IMG/VR virus record: IMGVR_UViG_3300006922_000005
Strand: one strand, 5' to 3'
Source: a virus
Lineage: Duplodnaviria; Caudoviricetes
Length of the DNA stretch: 64,000 nt
Shown here one piece after another: positions 44,788 to 55,001 of this stretch. The position numbers and the translations under genes are program-made. The notes beneath the pieces were generated by a model. The model worked only from the letters and a program-made list of their open reading frames with translations. It had not been told where the DNA came from and did no database searches. Positions within the stretch are counted from its first letter, which is position 1; each line of letters begins with the position of its first letter.

Positions 44788-45471
44788 ATGCAAAAAGAAA
44801 TTCCAATTAAAGATGCTATCAATCTGGCTGTACAAGCATATAATATTATCGGGTCGTATAGAAAAGAAAATACTTGGGAATATATCAAAACAGAAAACGG
44901 TTCATTAGAGTCAGTTACTGCAAAGAGTAATAAACAAATGATGAAAGACTTTTATGATACTGGTGATTTCTTTATTGATGGTAGTTGTCAAGATATGACC
45001 AATGACATTTATAACCATTATCAAGGTTTGATATTTAAAGTGTTATCGGATTCTTCAAATGACTTTACAGACCGTATATACCAAATTATTACAAAAGATA
45101 CAGTTACACGCAAAGACTTAGGGTTCATTGCTCCGTTGCCTTCACTTTACGAACAAGAAATACAGAGAGAGTTATTTGTTAAAGAAATAAGTAATTCAAC
45201 ACACATTGGTACTAAAGGTGCTAAAGTATCTGTACGTGCATTGTTACACGAAGCACGTTATATTAGAACACGTGACTTTCATGTTTATACTTTTATAAGT
45301 GACGGTAATTTGATTACACATTTTAGTAGTAAACATCCTACTGATTGGAAAGTTGAAAAGTTAGTTGAGGGTAATGAATATAACTTAGATTTCAAAGTAA
45401 AAAATCATAACCAAAGCAAATGGTATGACTGTAAAGAAACTTTAGTAAATTATCTTAAAATTAGCGACTAG
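44788..45471 (+). CDS. Early protein with probable C-terminal OB-fold
   Basis: HIG..G.KV.V...L...Y.......VYTF...GNL pattern; consensus promoter upstream. Confidence 0.6.
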   Translation: MQKEIPIKDAINLAVQAYNIIGSYRKENTWEYIKTENGSLESVTAKSNKQMMKDFYDTGDFFIDGSCQDMTNDIYNHYQGLIFKVLSDSSNDFTDRIYQIITKDTVTRKDLGFIAPLPSLYEQEIQRELFVKEISNSTHIGTKGAKVSVRALLHEARYIRTRDFHVYTFISDGNLITHFSSKHPTDWKVEKLVEGNEYNLDFKVKNHNQSKWYDCKETLVNYLKISD

Positions 45472-45748
45472 AGTCGTCGCCACCGCTTACTTCAATATCA
45501 AAATCTTTTGGAATGGCTTTCGCAACAACATTAGCCATTTCTTCTGCTGTAGCATCGTCGATATCATTGTTTAGTGCAACTTCGTATACATGCATACCTT
45601 CTGTAGTGTATGACTCAAACATAATGTCGCCTTGAGTGCTTTCATTTAAACTTTCGTTTACAGTTGAAGCCATTGCTCCTGCAAACACTTTTAAAAAAGC
45701 ATCGCCTTGATCTTCATTAAAAATAAATCTTATAAAATGTTCGTTCAT
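45461..45748 (-). CDS. Acidic hypothetical protein
   Basis: TAATG overlap. Confidence 0.6.
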   Translation of the reverse strand: MNEHFIRFIFNEDQGDAFLKVFAGAMASTVNESLNESTQGDIMFESYTTEGMHVYEVALNNDIDDATAEEMANVVAKAIPKDFDIEVSGGDDSSR

Positions 45749-46131
45749 TAGTAGTTTACCTTAATTGAATTGATACGTCCGTTTGAGTATGTTGCTATTG
45801 CTCTTAACCAAACAAAGTTACCTGTAAAGTTAGCAACAAAGTCAGTATCGGTATCTGCACCTGTTGTATATGTTGTTCCTGCAATATCAAACCAGTCAGA
45901 TCCCGCAGGCGAAGTGGCTAACGAAGCCTGCATTTTGACTTCTCCTGAAAAATCTGTAATACTGTAATGTACAGTATGTAGACCATCTCCACCTTTATAG
46001 TATCCGTCACCTTTAACTTTATCTGAAGTTAAAACTGTTTGTGTACTATCTGCTTCAGGTGTTTGTGCTACGGCCGAAATTGTTGTTCCGTCCTGATCGA
46101 TAAATTGTAATGTTGTACTGTTCGCTGGCAT
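45748..46131 (-). CDS. Putative virion structural protein (beta-sandwich)
   Basis: Late promoter directly upstream; GDGYY...DGLHTV, F.G.V.MQASLA, FTGNFVWLRA. Confidence 0.55.
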   Translation of the reverse strand: MPANSTTLQFIDQDGTTISAVAQTPEADSTQTVLTSDKVKGDGYYKGGDGLHTVHYSITDFSGEVKMQASLATSPAGSDWFDIAGTTYTTGADTDTDFVANFTGNFVWLRAIATYSNGRINSIKVNY

Positions 46132-46136
46132 ACAGT

Positions 46137-46143
46137 TATTTAT
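46137..46143 (-). promoter_or_regulatory. T4-like late promoter core
   Basis: cATAAATA 6 nt upstream of ATG 46131. Confidence 0.55.
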
Positions 46144-46418
46144 GTAATTTTAATCTTATAGGCTTTTGCTAACCTAGTAATTCCCATACCTTCAACATCA
46201 TTAATATCCGTTAATTTAACGTTGTATTTGTGGTCTCTACCAGCATAGTCAAGTTCCCATGCAACTATACCTTTCTCATTAGCAATAGTAACATCAATAT
46301 CTTTAGGTACTTCAACCACTTGACCTCCAATACCGTTTGCCTTTACAGTAGCATTGATTGTTGTACCGTGTTTGATTATTTTACGTTTGATTAGTTCTTT
46401 AATTATTTTATTGTTCAT
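46140..46418 (-). CDS. Hypothetical protein
   Basis: Overlaps upstream gene. Confidence 0.6.
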   Translation of the reverse strand: MNNKIIKELIKRKIIKHGTTINATVKANGIGGQVVEVPKDIDVTIANEKGIVAWELDYAGRDHKYNVKLTDINDVEGMGITRLAKAYKIKIT

Positions 46419-47130
46419 TTAGTTCCGCCTCTGTTATATATTCTTGTGTGCTTCTAATTGTATCGCCTAAATACATTTGTAACAACAGCAACATTTGTGA
46501 ATCTGTTGAGTACAAAAATCTTCCATCGGAATAGTAGCAATTTTCAATTAATTTTTTTGATGCTTTTAATTCGCCTGCATAGTTTTCTACCCATTCTTCA
46601 AACCCTGCTTGACGTACTAGTTTTCCTCTTAGATGTATTTTAAACCTGTATTTGTCATATGGTAAACGTTCACAGATTACATTGTTTGGGTTATTAGTAA
46701 AGTAATCTTCTTGCTTTTTGTTTTTAGGCCAAATCATTTCGTATAAATGATCTTTAAATGTGCCACAGAAGTTTTCCCATACTATTTTATCGTTTGTAAA
46801 GAAGCCAAGTTTATCACCTTCATTACGAATCTTATGTTCTTCGTGAATGTAATATTCTTGAATCCAATTGTATAACTTATACAAGGTAAATCTATTTTCC
46901 CATATTTCTTTATGTGATCTATGCCTTCCATCGTTTATACCTAATGATAAAGAACTGTATGCATAGTTTAAGTCGCCTATGCCTTTCCATTGTTCCATCC
47001 GTTCTGCATTAAACAGTGATTCAATATCACTACGTTTAGCATATCGAATAAAACTAGTTCTTGGTGTCTTTACAACTGCTTTGTACTTGTACTTTTTATA
47101 AAAAAGTTTAGTCGTGTGCGAGGTCTTCAA
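46408..47130 (-). CDS. Hypothetical protein (apparent internal duplication of the LFY/LPY.KY.YK motif)
   Basis: KLFYKKYKYK and RLPYDKYRFK begin two halves. Confidence 0.6.
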   Translation of the reverse strand: MKTSHTTKLFYKKYKYKAVVKTPRTSFIRYAKRSDIESLFNAERMEQWKGIGDLNYAYSSLSLGINDGRHRSHKEIWENRFTLYKLYNWIQEYYIHEEHKIRNEGDKLGFFTNDKIVWENFCGTFKDHLYEMIWPKNKKQEDYFTNNPNNVICERLPYDKYRFKIHLRGKLVRQAGFEEWVENYAGELKASKKLIENCYYSDGRFLYSTDSQMLLLLQMYLGDTIRSTQEYITEAELNEQ

Positions 47131-49381
47131 CTTGGGTATCCTTTCCTAACGTTGGCATAAATTCCTTTATATCTAACGTAATATTTTCACCCTCTAAATC
47201 AACAGTAACATGTCCACCGTTAACCAACTTACCAAACAGTACTTCTTTACTCATTGGCTTTTTAATTTGATCATCAATAACACGTTGCAATGGTCTCGCA
47301 CCCATTTTTTTGTTGAATCCTTTTTTAACTAAAAACTCTTTAACTGTATCAGTAAGTTCAATAAGTATACCTTTGTCTGCTAACATATCGTTAACTTCTT
47401 TAATAAACTTATCTACAATTAGCATCATAGTTGATCTTTCTAGTTTATCAAACTTAATAATACCATCAAGTCTGTTTCTAAATTCTGGTGCAAAGAAATC
47501 TGTTACTGCATTGTCTTGTTCTCCTGAACGATCCATGTCACCAAATCCAATACCATTTTTCTCCATCTCTCTAGCACCTAAGTTAGATGTCATAATAACA
47601 ATAGCATTACGAGCATCTGCTTTTTTACCATTTGAACCTGTAACAAATCCATTGTCCATTAATCCTAACAACACATTTGAAACATCTTTGTGTGCTTTTT
47701 CAATTTCGTCTAACAATAGTATACAATTAGGATGTTCTTGTAGTTTAGTAATAAGTTGACCTGCGTCTTCTTCAAATCCTACATATCCTGGAGGTGCACC
47801 TATAAATTTAGCAACTGAATGTCTTTCTTGGAATTCACTCATATCAAAACGTACAAGTTCAGTACCCATTTCACTTGCAAGTACTTTTGCTGTTTCTGTT
47901 TTACCACAACCAGTAGGACCAACAAATAAGAATGAACCAACGGGTTTATTAAGTGATTTTAGTCCTGCTTGTGCAATAAAGATTTTATCAAGTAGTCCGT
48001 CTATGGCTTCGTCTTGCCCATATACTCTTGTTTTCATTCCACCTTCTAAATCTTTAAGTGTTTCAGTTTCTTTTGATGCAATTTGTTCTAATGGTAAGTT
48101 TGTCATTTTACTTACTTCAAAAACAACCTGATCATGATCAACTATACCGTTTTCTTCATCTTTAACTTTAAACCTAGCACCAGCACGGTCAATAATATCA
48201 ATTGCTTTATCTGGTAGTTTCTTATCTGCCATATACTTTTCTGAATATGTTACAGCACCATTAATTGCTTTGTCGGTAATTGTTACACCGTGATGTGCTT
48301 CATAATACTTTTTAAGTCCGTGTAAAATATCTATAGTAACTTCTGCTGTAGGTTCGTCAACTGTTACACGTTGGAATCTACGCATTAATGCACGATCCTT
48401 TTCAAAGTGCTTACGATATTCTTCCCATGTAGTTGAAGCAACTACTTTGATAGTTCCTTTACCTAATGCAGGCTTTAACATATTAGCCATGTCATTTGAT
48501 TGTCCACTACCGCCTGAACCAGCACCACTCATCATATGTGCTTCGTCAATAAACAAGATTGCTTTTTCTTTTTTCTCTAATGCATGGATAACCATTTTTA
48601 AACGTTCTTCAAAGTCACCTCTATATTTGCTACCTGCTACTAGAGCACCGATGTCTAATGAATAAACTGTACTACCTTTAATAAACTCTGGTACATTATC
48701 ATTTGCTATTTCAACAGCAAGTCCTTCAGCAATAGCAGTTTTACCTACGCCAGGATCACCAACCAACATTACATTTGCTTTTTGTCTACGTGCAAGAATA
48801 AGCACAGTTTCTTCAATTTCGTTAGCACGACCAATAACTGGATCAATCTTACCACGTTTTGCTTTTGCAGAAAGGTTTTCACAGAATGATGAAATAATTT
48901 TTTCTAATTGTGACATGCTGTACTGTTCACTTGCCGCTTCTCCAACTATTTGCTCTGCTTCAATAAAGTTACTAAACTTTTCAGAGTCAATACCATGCTT
49001 CCGCATACAGAATGCAGAAAATGATTTCTTTTCTTTTAATAATGATAAAAACACATCAATTGGATCTATTGTAGTTCTACCACTGAATAGCGTTTGTGTA
49101 AATGCTCTATTAAGCATACGTTCCATTGCTTGTGTTTTCTTAGGACGTCCTTTAAAATTAGGTACAACAATATCCTGAAGTTTATCTTGAATAAACGCTG
49201 ACAAGTCTTCTTTGATAGCATTTGTATCTGCACCAAACTCCGCTAGTGTTTTTGAAAATTCTTCATCACAAACCAATGCCATAGCAAAGTGTTCAATGGT
49301 TACATATTCATGTTCACCTGTTTGAGCAAGTTTGATTGCTTCTTCAAAAATTCCTTCTAACTGTTCATTAGGTTCAAGCAT
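47108..49381 (-). CDS. clpA: ATP-dependent Clp protease ATP-binding subunit
   Basis: N-domain HEYVTIEH, NBD1 GDPGVGKT, NBD2 GPTGCGKT, ClpP-docking IGF loop (NGIGFG). Confidence 0.93.
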   Translation of the reverse strand: MLEPNEQLEGIFEEAIKLAQTGEHEYVTIEHFAMALVCDEEFSKTLAEFGADTNAIKEDLSAFIQDKLQDIVVPNFKGRPKKTQAMERMLNRAFTQTLFSGRTTIDPIDVFLSLLKEKKSFSAFCMRKHGIDSEKFSNFIEAEQIVGEAASEQYSMSQLEKIISSFCENLSAKAKRGKIDPVIGRANEIEETVLILARRQKANVMLVGDPGVGKTAIAEGLAVEIANDNVPEFIKGSTVYSLDIGALVAGSKYRGDFEERLKMVIHALEKKEKAILFIDEAHMMSGAGSGGSGQSNDMANMLKPALGKGTIKVVASTTWEEYRKHFEKDRALMRRFQRVTVDEPTAEVTIDILHGLKKYYEAHHGVTITDKAINGAVTYSEKYMADKKLPDKAIDIIDRAGARFKVKDEENGIVDHDQVVFEVSKMTNLPLEQIASKETETLKDLEGGMKTRVYGQDEAIDGLLDKIFIAQAGLKSLNKPVGSFLFVGPTGCGKTETAKVLASEMGTELVRFDMSEFQERHSVAKFIGAPPGYVGFEEDAGQLITKLQEHPNCILLLDEIEKAHKDVSNVLLGLMDNGFVTGSNGKKADARNAIVIMTSNLGAREMEKNGIGFGDMDRSGEQDNAVTDFFAPEFRNRLDGIIKFDKLERSTMMLIVDKFIKEVNDMLADKGILIELTDTVKEFLVKKGFNKKMGARPLQRVIDDQIKKPMSKEVLFGKLVNGGHVTVDLEGENITLDIKEFMPTLGKDTQVEDLAHD

Positions 49382-49889
49382 TAATTAATCCTTTTTTAAT
49401 ATTTTTTCTAGCACGTTTACTAGCCATATCCCATTTTAAATTTGAAACACGGTCTTTAAACACTATGCCATTTAAATGATCACACTCGTGTAGATAACAA
49501 CGAGCATCATATCCTTCTATTCTTCCTACTTGTTTTTCTCCGTTTTGATCCCAAAACTCTGCAACAATCCAAGTTGGTCTTTTAACTTGCACAAACACTC
49601 CAGGAAAACTTAAACAACCTTCAATATCTAAAACTACATCAGTACTAGAATCTAATACAGTAGGATTAATAAAGATTTGTGCTTTATCTTTGTGTTGTTC
49701 ACTGCCCATAGTAAATGCCGCAGTTTCAATGCCAACTTGACATGCACTTAACCCTACACCCTTGTTAGCAAATTGTGCTTCTAACATTTTTTCTTTAAGT
49801 TCAATTGGATCCATAATTGGATTTTCAAAGTCAAATGCAGGCATTTGTTTGTTTAATACTTCTGCTGGATATTTAATTATTTCTAACAT
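49374..49889 (-). CDS. def: Peptide deformylase
   Basis: GVGLSACQVG, EGCLS, HECDH. Confidence 0.95.
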   Translation of the reverse strand: MLEIIKYPAEVLNKQMPAFDFENPIMDPIELKEKMLEAQFANKGVGLSACQVGIETAAFTMGSEQHKDKAQIFINPTVLDSSTDVVLDIEGCLSFPGVFVQVKRPTWIVAEFWDQNGEKQVGRIEGYDARCYLHECDHLNGIVFKDRVSNLKWDMASKRARKNIKKGLINA

Positions 49890-49896
49890 ATTATAT

Positions 49897-49924
49897 ACTA
49901 TACTTCCTTTTTAGTTTTTGTCAA
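49897..49924 (-). promoter_or_regulatory. Sigma70-type promoter, possibly giving leaderless def mRNA
   Basis: TTGACA-16-TATAGT, then 7 nt to ATG. Confidence 0.5.
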
Positions 49925-50758
49925 GATCCTCGCTCGCTCAATTAGGTCTTTATGTGCATCATTTATATTCTTAGGAACAGTTCCCTTTACTTTTATGTAT
50001 AACGTTCCGAGGCCAGGGGCATTCACTATTGGCATACCCAATTCTTTCATACTAAAAACAGTACCTGGTTGTGTTCCTTCAGGAACGTTTAATAAAAATC
50101 CTTGATTAAAGTGTTCTATTTCGACCTTACAGCCTAGTATTAGTTCATATACAGTTAACACTATTGTTTTGTGTAAATCACATCCTGTACGTACAAATCT
50201 TGGATCTTTAGAAATACGAGCCGTAATTGTTAAGTCGCCTGGTGGAATATTTGGAATACTATCATCGCCTAGTCCACGTAACTTTATTGACTGTCCGTTT
50301 TCAATACCTGCTGGCATACGTGTATCAATTGTTTGTTTACGTCCACTTGGTAATGGTATTTCAAATACTACATTTTTTCCTTTGTATGCATCTTCAAGTG
50401 TTAGATCATAATTAATATTTAAAGTTTTATTTCTTTGTTGACGTTGTTGTCTACGTTGTCCAAACATGTCTCCAAATTGACCACTCATATCTCCACCAAA
50501 CATTTGAGAAAATATATCATTAATATCTCCCATATTATTTTGTCCTGCTTGTTGTGGATCAGCAGTTCCATACTGATCATACATGGCTTTCTTTTGTGGA
50601 TCTTTTAATACTTGATATGCTTCGTTAATGTCTTTGAACTTGGAATCATCACCGCCCGTACGATCAGGGTGATGTTGCATACTTTGTTTCTTGTATGCTT
50701 TTTTAATATCTGTGGCAGATGCGCCGCGGGAGATGCCCAAAGTGTCATAGTAGTTCAT
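49898..50758 (-). CDS. dnaJ: DnaJ-class co-chaperone (class B/CbpA-like, no zinc finger)
   Basis: J-domain with HPD, G/F region, C-terminal GDDS...PGDL, GTQPG. Confidence 0.93.
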   Translation of the reverse strand: MNYYDTLGISRGASATDIKKAYKKQSMQHHPDRTGGDDSKFKDINEAYQVLKDPQKKAMYDQYGTADPQQAGQNNMGDINDIFSQMFGGDMSGQFGDMFGQRRQQRQQRNKTLNINYDLTLEDAYKGKNVVFEIPLPSGRKQTIDTRMPAGIENGQSIKLRGLGDDSIPNIPPGDLTITARISKDPRFVRTGCDLHKTIVLTVYELILGCKVEIEHFNQGFLLNVPEGTQPGTVFSMKELGMPIVNAPGLGTLYIKVKGTVPKNINDAHKDLIERARILTKTKKEV

Positions 50759-50765
50759 AGTATTA

Positions 50766-50794
50766 ATTATATGACAGAATCAAACATCTGTCAA
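50766..50794 (-). promoter_or_regulatory. Consensus sigma70 promoter, leaderless dnaJ mRNA
   Basis: TTGACA-17-TATAAT, then 7 nt to ATG; no SD. Confidence 0.75.
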
Positions 50795-50797
50795 GTG

Positions 50798-51121
50798 TTA
50801 TTTTTTACTTTTAGATGTACCAGTATAAAGACCAAACCATGCCGCACCAGCACCAACTACGATACTAATTAAACCTGATTGTTCCATAGTAGGAGCAGGT
50901 AAGTTCATATACCAAATTACACATTTGTATAATAATACAATGTAAACAGTTAAGAATAATCTTGGAAAGATTCTCCAAGCATCAACTGCTCTTGCCATAT
51001 GTATTAATTTTGCGTATGGATTAACACCTAAGTCTTTTATACTTGTGTCTACTTCCAAATCTACTGTAATTTTTTGTTTAGGTTCTGCAACCTTAACTTC
51101 TTGTTTTACTTCATCAGCCAT
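50798..51121 (-). CDS. Two-TM membrane protein, holin candidate
   Basis: Two hydrophobic helices, basic C-terminus, end of lysis cassette. Confidence 0.5.
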   Translation of the reverse strand: MADEVKQEVKVAEPKQKITVDLEVDTSIKDLGVNPYAKLIHMARAVDAWRIFPRLFLTVYIVLLYKCVIWYMNLPAPTMEQSGLISIVVGAGAAWFGLYTGTSKSKK

Positions 51122-51402
51122 TATTTCTTACCCTCTAATTTTTTGATTCGCTTTTCCAATTCGTCTATTTTTTTGGTTACATATGGATATTTTTTACGCC
51201 ATGCATCTTTTGGTTGCTCTAACCAAGTCCAACCATAACGTTCTACTAAAAAATCCACAATACGATCAAAATGACCATACAACCAAAGACCAATTCGTGT
51301 GCTTTTGAAATACGTAGAAAACGCAAGACCAAACAAAGATCCAACTAATGCTGTGTAAATCCACAGACGATCGCTCGCCATTCTTTCAATCATTTCCCAC
51401 AT
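51121..51402 (-). CDS. Membrane protein, holin/antiholin candidate
   Basis: N-terminal TM, C-terminal coiled coil; AAGGAG RBS. Confidence 0.5.
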   Translation of the reverse strand: MWEMIERMASDRLWIYTALVGSLFGLAFSTYFKSTRIGLWLYGHFDRIVDFLVERYGWTWLEQPKDAWRKKYPYVTKKIDELEKRIKKLEGKK

Positions 51403-51427
51403 AATTCGCTCCTTTGTATTATATGAG

Positions 51428-51434
51428 TATTTAT
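51428..51434 (-). promoter_or_regulatory. T4-like late promoter core (gaATAAATActc)
   Basis: ATAAATA upstream of 51402. Confidence 0.65.
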
Positions 51435-51452
51435 TCTATCCAGAGTGTTTTA

Positions 51453-51842
51453 TTATTGCTTGTCTGATTTTTCTGACTCTTTAGGCTCGTAGTACTCTCT
51501 GTACTGCTCTAAAGTCATGCCTTGTTGGATCATATATGCACGGATTTGTGCAAAGTTCTTAGATAATAACTCGTAGTCGTCATCACTTAACCCAAATAGC
51601 ACAGGATCTTTGCCCTGCTCTTTCATTTTAGCAAATACTTCTTCTGCATTTTTGCTAGTAATGATAGTCCATTTAAGTTCTTCTAGTTGCGGAGTTTCTG
51701 GATTAGGGAGATCTAAAGGTACTCTTTCAACCTCTGTCTTAAACACGTCTAACTGCCTTACTGAACTACAACTAGTAAGGAACGTAGTTAGGATTAGCAA
51801 TGCTAGGACACTCAGAATTGATCTGTGATTTCTTAGTTGCAT
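51453..51842 (-). CDS. o-spanin (Rz1-like lipoprotein)
   Basis: Signal peptide with lipobox FLTSC, Pro-rich segment, overlaps i-spanin 3' end. Confidence 0.7.
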   Translation of the reverse strand: MQLRNHRSILSVLALLILTTFLTSCSSVRQLDVFKTEVERVPLDLPNPETPQLEELKWTIITSKNAEEVFAKMKEQGKDPVLFGLSDDDYELLSKNFAQIRAYMIQQGMTLEQYREYYEPKESEKSDKQ

Positions 51843-52257
51843 TTATCTCTTTCTCCGTTAGTGGCGCACCCATAGCAATTTCTACACATCTCATTGCTTT
51901 TTTGGTAGCACTGTTTATAACACGTTCAACTGAACTACTGCGTTCTTCAGCAAGTTTGCCAATGTCACGTACTTTACCTTGACCGTTAATTTTATTAAAG
52001 CGTTGGTCAAGTGCTTTAAATTCTTTTGATAAGATTTTATTTTGCTCATCAAGTACTTTGTTAGCCGCCATTATTGATTTAAAATCATTAGCCTGCTGTG
52101 CAATTACTGCCTTTTGATCAGCAACACTTTCTTCTAACTTTAAGTTGTTTGCTTCTGATGTTGCTAAGTCTGCTTGTAAATTTTTTACGTATATAAATCC
52201 ACCGCCAGCACCTGCTAACATCATTAATACTATTGCAATTTTAATTGAACTAAACAT
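51772..52257 (-). CDS. i-spanin (Rz-like), start 52257
   Basis: Single N-terminal TM, then long coiled coil and two C-terminal Cys. Confidence 0.7.
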   Translation of the reverse strand: MFSSIKIAIVLMMLAGAGGGFIYVKNLQADLATSEANNLKLEESVADQKAVIAQQANDFKSIMAANKVLDEQNKILSKEFKALDQRFNKINGQGKVRDIGKLAEERSSSVERVINSATKKAMRCVEIAMGAPLTEKEINATKKSQINSECPSIANPNYVPY

Positions 52258-52393
52258 TATCTTTATCTTCTTTTGTAATGTAACGAGGATAATCACACAC
52301 TACTATTTCAATAGGTTTATTATCCCCGTCAGTAAATGTTTCAATTAATCTACCTTCGTGCTTTCTTCCGCAGTTTTGGCAGTATTGACTCAT
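52250..52393 (-). CDS. Small CxxC protein (start likely 52393)
   Basis: MSQYCQNCGRKH...IVVC; ATGA overlap with endolysin. Confidence 0.55.
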   Translation of the reverse strand: MSQYCQNCGRKHEGRLIETFTDGDNKPIEIVVCDYPRYITKEDKDNV

Positions 52394-52902
52394 ACCATTG
52401 TTAAAGCAAGTTCTGTAGTTTCTGTAACTCTGCGAGTCCAACCTCTACCAAAAGTATCAAATGTAGATAACTTTTCGTAGTAACCTTGTCTTGCTTCTTG
52501 AAAGTTTTTAATTGTGTCTTCAACACCGTGCTTACTTACATAGTCATTTAAACATTTTAATGTGTTTGGTCCAATACCGCCATCAGCAGTAGTACCAATT
52601 AATGTTTGTAAGTATTTTGCACTTCGACCTGTACCTGCATTAACACCAAAGTCAAATACACATAGATCTAAACCTGCTGGTAAGTCATCGCCTTTAACAC
52701 GATCCCAGTAGTTCTTTTTATAAATGGGAGCAACATCTTCAACTAAAAGATCTTTCATATCTTTAGTTCCGCCCCAATCTTCGTAAACTCTTTTTGTAAC
52801 ACCCAAGTTAGTTTCGCCACCTGGGTCTTTTGGGTGGTTTACATAACCGCCTTCGTGGTGTAGAATTGTTTCTAAACACTTGTCGTAGTTTACACTTGCC
52901 AT
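52390..52902 (-). CDS. Endolysin, glycoside hydrolase family 108
   Basis: HEGGYVNHPKDPGGETNLG, FDFGVNAG, DGGIGP.T, FGRGW.RR. Confidence 0.93.
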   Translation of the reverse strand: MASVNYDKCLETILHHEGGYVNHPKDPGGETNLGVTKRVYEDWGGTKDMKDLLVEDVAPIYKKNYWDRVKGDDLPAGLDLCVFDFGVNAGTGRSAKYLQTLIGTTADGGIGPNTLKCLNDYVSKHGVEDTIKNFQEARQGYYEKLSTFDTFGRGWTRRVTETTELALTMV

Positions 52903-52904
52903 TG

Positions 52905-53624
52905 TTATATCCTTTTTAATATTTTCGTTCTGTTACCATTAGTAAAGAACAGGTTTTCACCTAGTTTTTGTATGTTATAGTTACCCATAAACTTTGTTAA
53001 GAACATCACTTCTGAAATTGAAGTTTCGTCCAAACTAACAGCACCGGCATATTTGGTAAGTAATTCTTCAGTTGACCCTTCTTCAACTACTTCCATTCTA
53101 ACTTTGCCCGAAGCATGTCTTCCAAACTCAATAATATTTTCTTTAACAAACTTTTGTTCTGTAACACCTTTGTTAAAAAATCTATCTAACTCTGTTTGGT
53201 TATACTCGTTAATCATACTTTCGTATGTGTTACCATCTAAGGGAATATCGTTTTCAGCGTCTTCAATTGTAAACGCTTTACTTTCTACATTCTTATAATA
53301 TCTATATTTCCATTCATCAATGCCTGCTAATTTTGAAACATCATCTAACAATGCACCTATATTTTTAGGTAAATGTCTATCTCTTTCAATCTCAACAAAT
53401 ACATCATATTTGCCTTTACGATTTTCACCTGTACTAATATCAGCATCAAGTACAAAATCATATCCTTTTTCAATAAAGTTCATTAAGTCCTTTGCAGGCT
53501 CTTGTGTTAGAACTTCAAATGCTAATACAGAAATTTCTTTATCTTGACCCATTTTAGATTTATATGAATCAATTGTAAAGATCTCGTTAACGAAAGTCTT
53601 TAAATCGTTAGGCTGTAGGCTCAT
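52905..53624 (-). CDS. Conserved hypothetical protein
   Basis: Long packed ORF; IDSYKSKMG, YDFVLDAD. Confidence 0.7.
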   Translation of the reverse strand: MSLQPNDLKTFVNEIFTIDSYKSKMGQDKEISVLAFEVLTQEPAKDLMNFIEKGYDFVLDADISTGENRKGKYDVFVEIERDRHLPKNIGALLDDVSKLAGIDEWKYRYYKNVESKAFTIEDAENDIPLDGNTYESMINEYNQTELDRFFNKGVTEQKFVKENIIEFGRHASGKVRMEVVEEGSTEELLTKYAGAVSLDETSISEVMFLTKFMGNYNIQKLGENLFFTNGNRTKILKRI

Positions 53625-54141
53625 TATTAATTTCTCCTATATCTGCATCTTGTTCAGCGTCTGGAATTATATCTGGTTGTGTAGTTGTTTGTTCTAATCC
53701 AGCCATTACATACTCATCAGTTTCTCTCATGTAACCTTTGTACATATCAAACATTAATTGTTTTGGCATGTCAATGCTTACAATCCAAATAGGATGCTGA
53801 TCAATTTTACCCTTTTTAGTTCCGGGTCTGTAATCATCTGGTGACTCAATTTTGCGAGGTTTTGTTAAAAAGTCTTTTTTGTATGATACTTTACAACCAT
53901 AATCAAGTAGTCTTTTTCCTGCTGTAGGATTAGGCATTTCTTCTCTAGGCCACATAAACGAACACTCTACTGTGTGCCTATTTACATTAGGTCCTGAAAT
54001 AAGTTCACCGCTTTTCCAGTTCTCAAACACATACATGTCTAGTTCGTCAATAACACGCTCAAAGTCCTTTAATACACGCATATGCGTATTAGACTCATAT
54101 ATGGTCTTTACATTTTCTATAATTTTTACAATATCATACAT
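53608..54141 (-). CDS. Conserved hypothetical late protein
   Basis: Late promoter and GGAG RBS upstream. Confidence 0.7.
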   Translation of the reverse strand: MYDIVKIIENVKTIYESNTHMRVLKDFERVIDELDMYVFENWKSGELISGPNVNRHTVECSFMWPREEMPNPTAGKRLLDYGCKVSYKKDFLTKPRKIESPDDYRPGTKKGKIDQHPIWIVSIDMPKQLMFDMYKGYMRETDEYVMAGLEQTTTQPDIIPDAEQDADIGEINNEPTA

Positions 54142-54158
54142 ACTTTAGTCTCCACTAT

Positions 54159-54165
54159 TATTTAT
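54159..54165 (-). promoter_or_regulatory. T4-like late promoter core (cgATAAATA)
   Basis: ATAAATA upstream of 54141; a divergent TTAAATA at 54221-54227 precedes phoH. Confidence 0.6.
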
Positions 54166-54272
54166 CGAATTAAGAGGATGATCAAAAATAAACACATCAG
54201 TTTATTATTTGTAATACATGTTAAATACTTTTGCAGTCGGACAAAGTTCTAATTATTAAAAAGGAGGACAGT

Positions 54273-55001
54273 TTGTCAAGAGCAAAACGCAAAGAACGCA
54301 ATAGGGAGCGTTCGCAATCGGGTAATATAACATATATTAATCCAGTCCCTAACAAAAGACGGCAAGTAGAGGTTCTACCCAGGAACCTAAGCCAAGAGAC
54401 TTACCTAGAGACACTTAAAGACTATAAGAAGCACATAGTATTTGCTATTGGACCAGCAGGTACAGGTAAGACCCTTATTGGTGTACAGATGGCTATTAAA
54501 GCATTCCAAGAAGGAAACGTAGACAGAATCGTAGTGACAAGACCCGCTGTAAGCGTGGACGAGCAACACGGCTTTCTACCTGGAACTTTAGAGCAGAAGA
54601 TGGAGCCATGGACAAAGCCTATATTTGACGTTTTTAATGAATACTACTATCAAAAAGAAATCAGCGGAATGCTACAAGAGGGGGTGATTGAAATATCGCC
54701 GTTGGCTTTTATGCGTGGTAGAACTTTTAAGAAAGCGTACATTATAGCAGATGAAATGCAAAATGCTACACCAAGTCAAATGAAAATGTTATTAACTAGA
54801 ATCGGCGAAGGTAGTCGAATGGTAGTAACAGGAGATTTACAACAAGCAGATAGAATGAAATCTAATGGTTTGTTAGACTTTACAAATAAAGTAGAGTCTA
54901 GAGATAATCTTAATCATATTGGCGTATGTACATTTGGAACGGGAGATGTTGAAAGACACGAAGCAGTAAAAGAAATACTAGATATATACGGCGAAGATTA
55001 A
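54273..55001 (+). CDS. phoH: PhoH-family ATPase (TTG start at 54273)
   Basis: [34 protein letters not shown]; AAGGAGG RBS before TTG. Confidence 0.95.
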   Translation: MSRAKRKERNRERSQSGNITYINPVPNKRRQVEVLPRNLSQETYLETLKDYKKHIVFAIGPAGTGKTLIGVQMAIKAFQEGNVDRIVVTRPAVSVDEQHGFLPGTLEQKMEPWTKPIFDVFNEYYYQKEISGMLQEGVIEISPLAFMRGRTFKKAYIIADEMQNATPSQMKMLLTRIGEGSRMVVTGDLQQADRMKSNGLLDFTNKVESRDNLNHIGVCTFGTGDVERHEAVKEILDIYGED

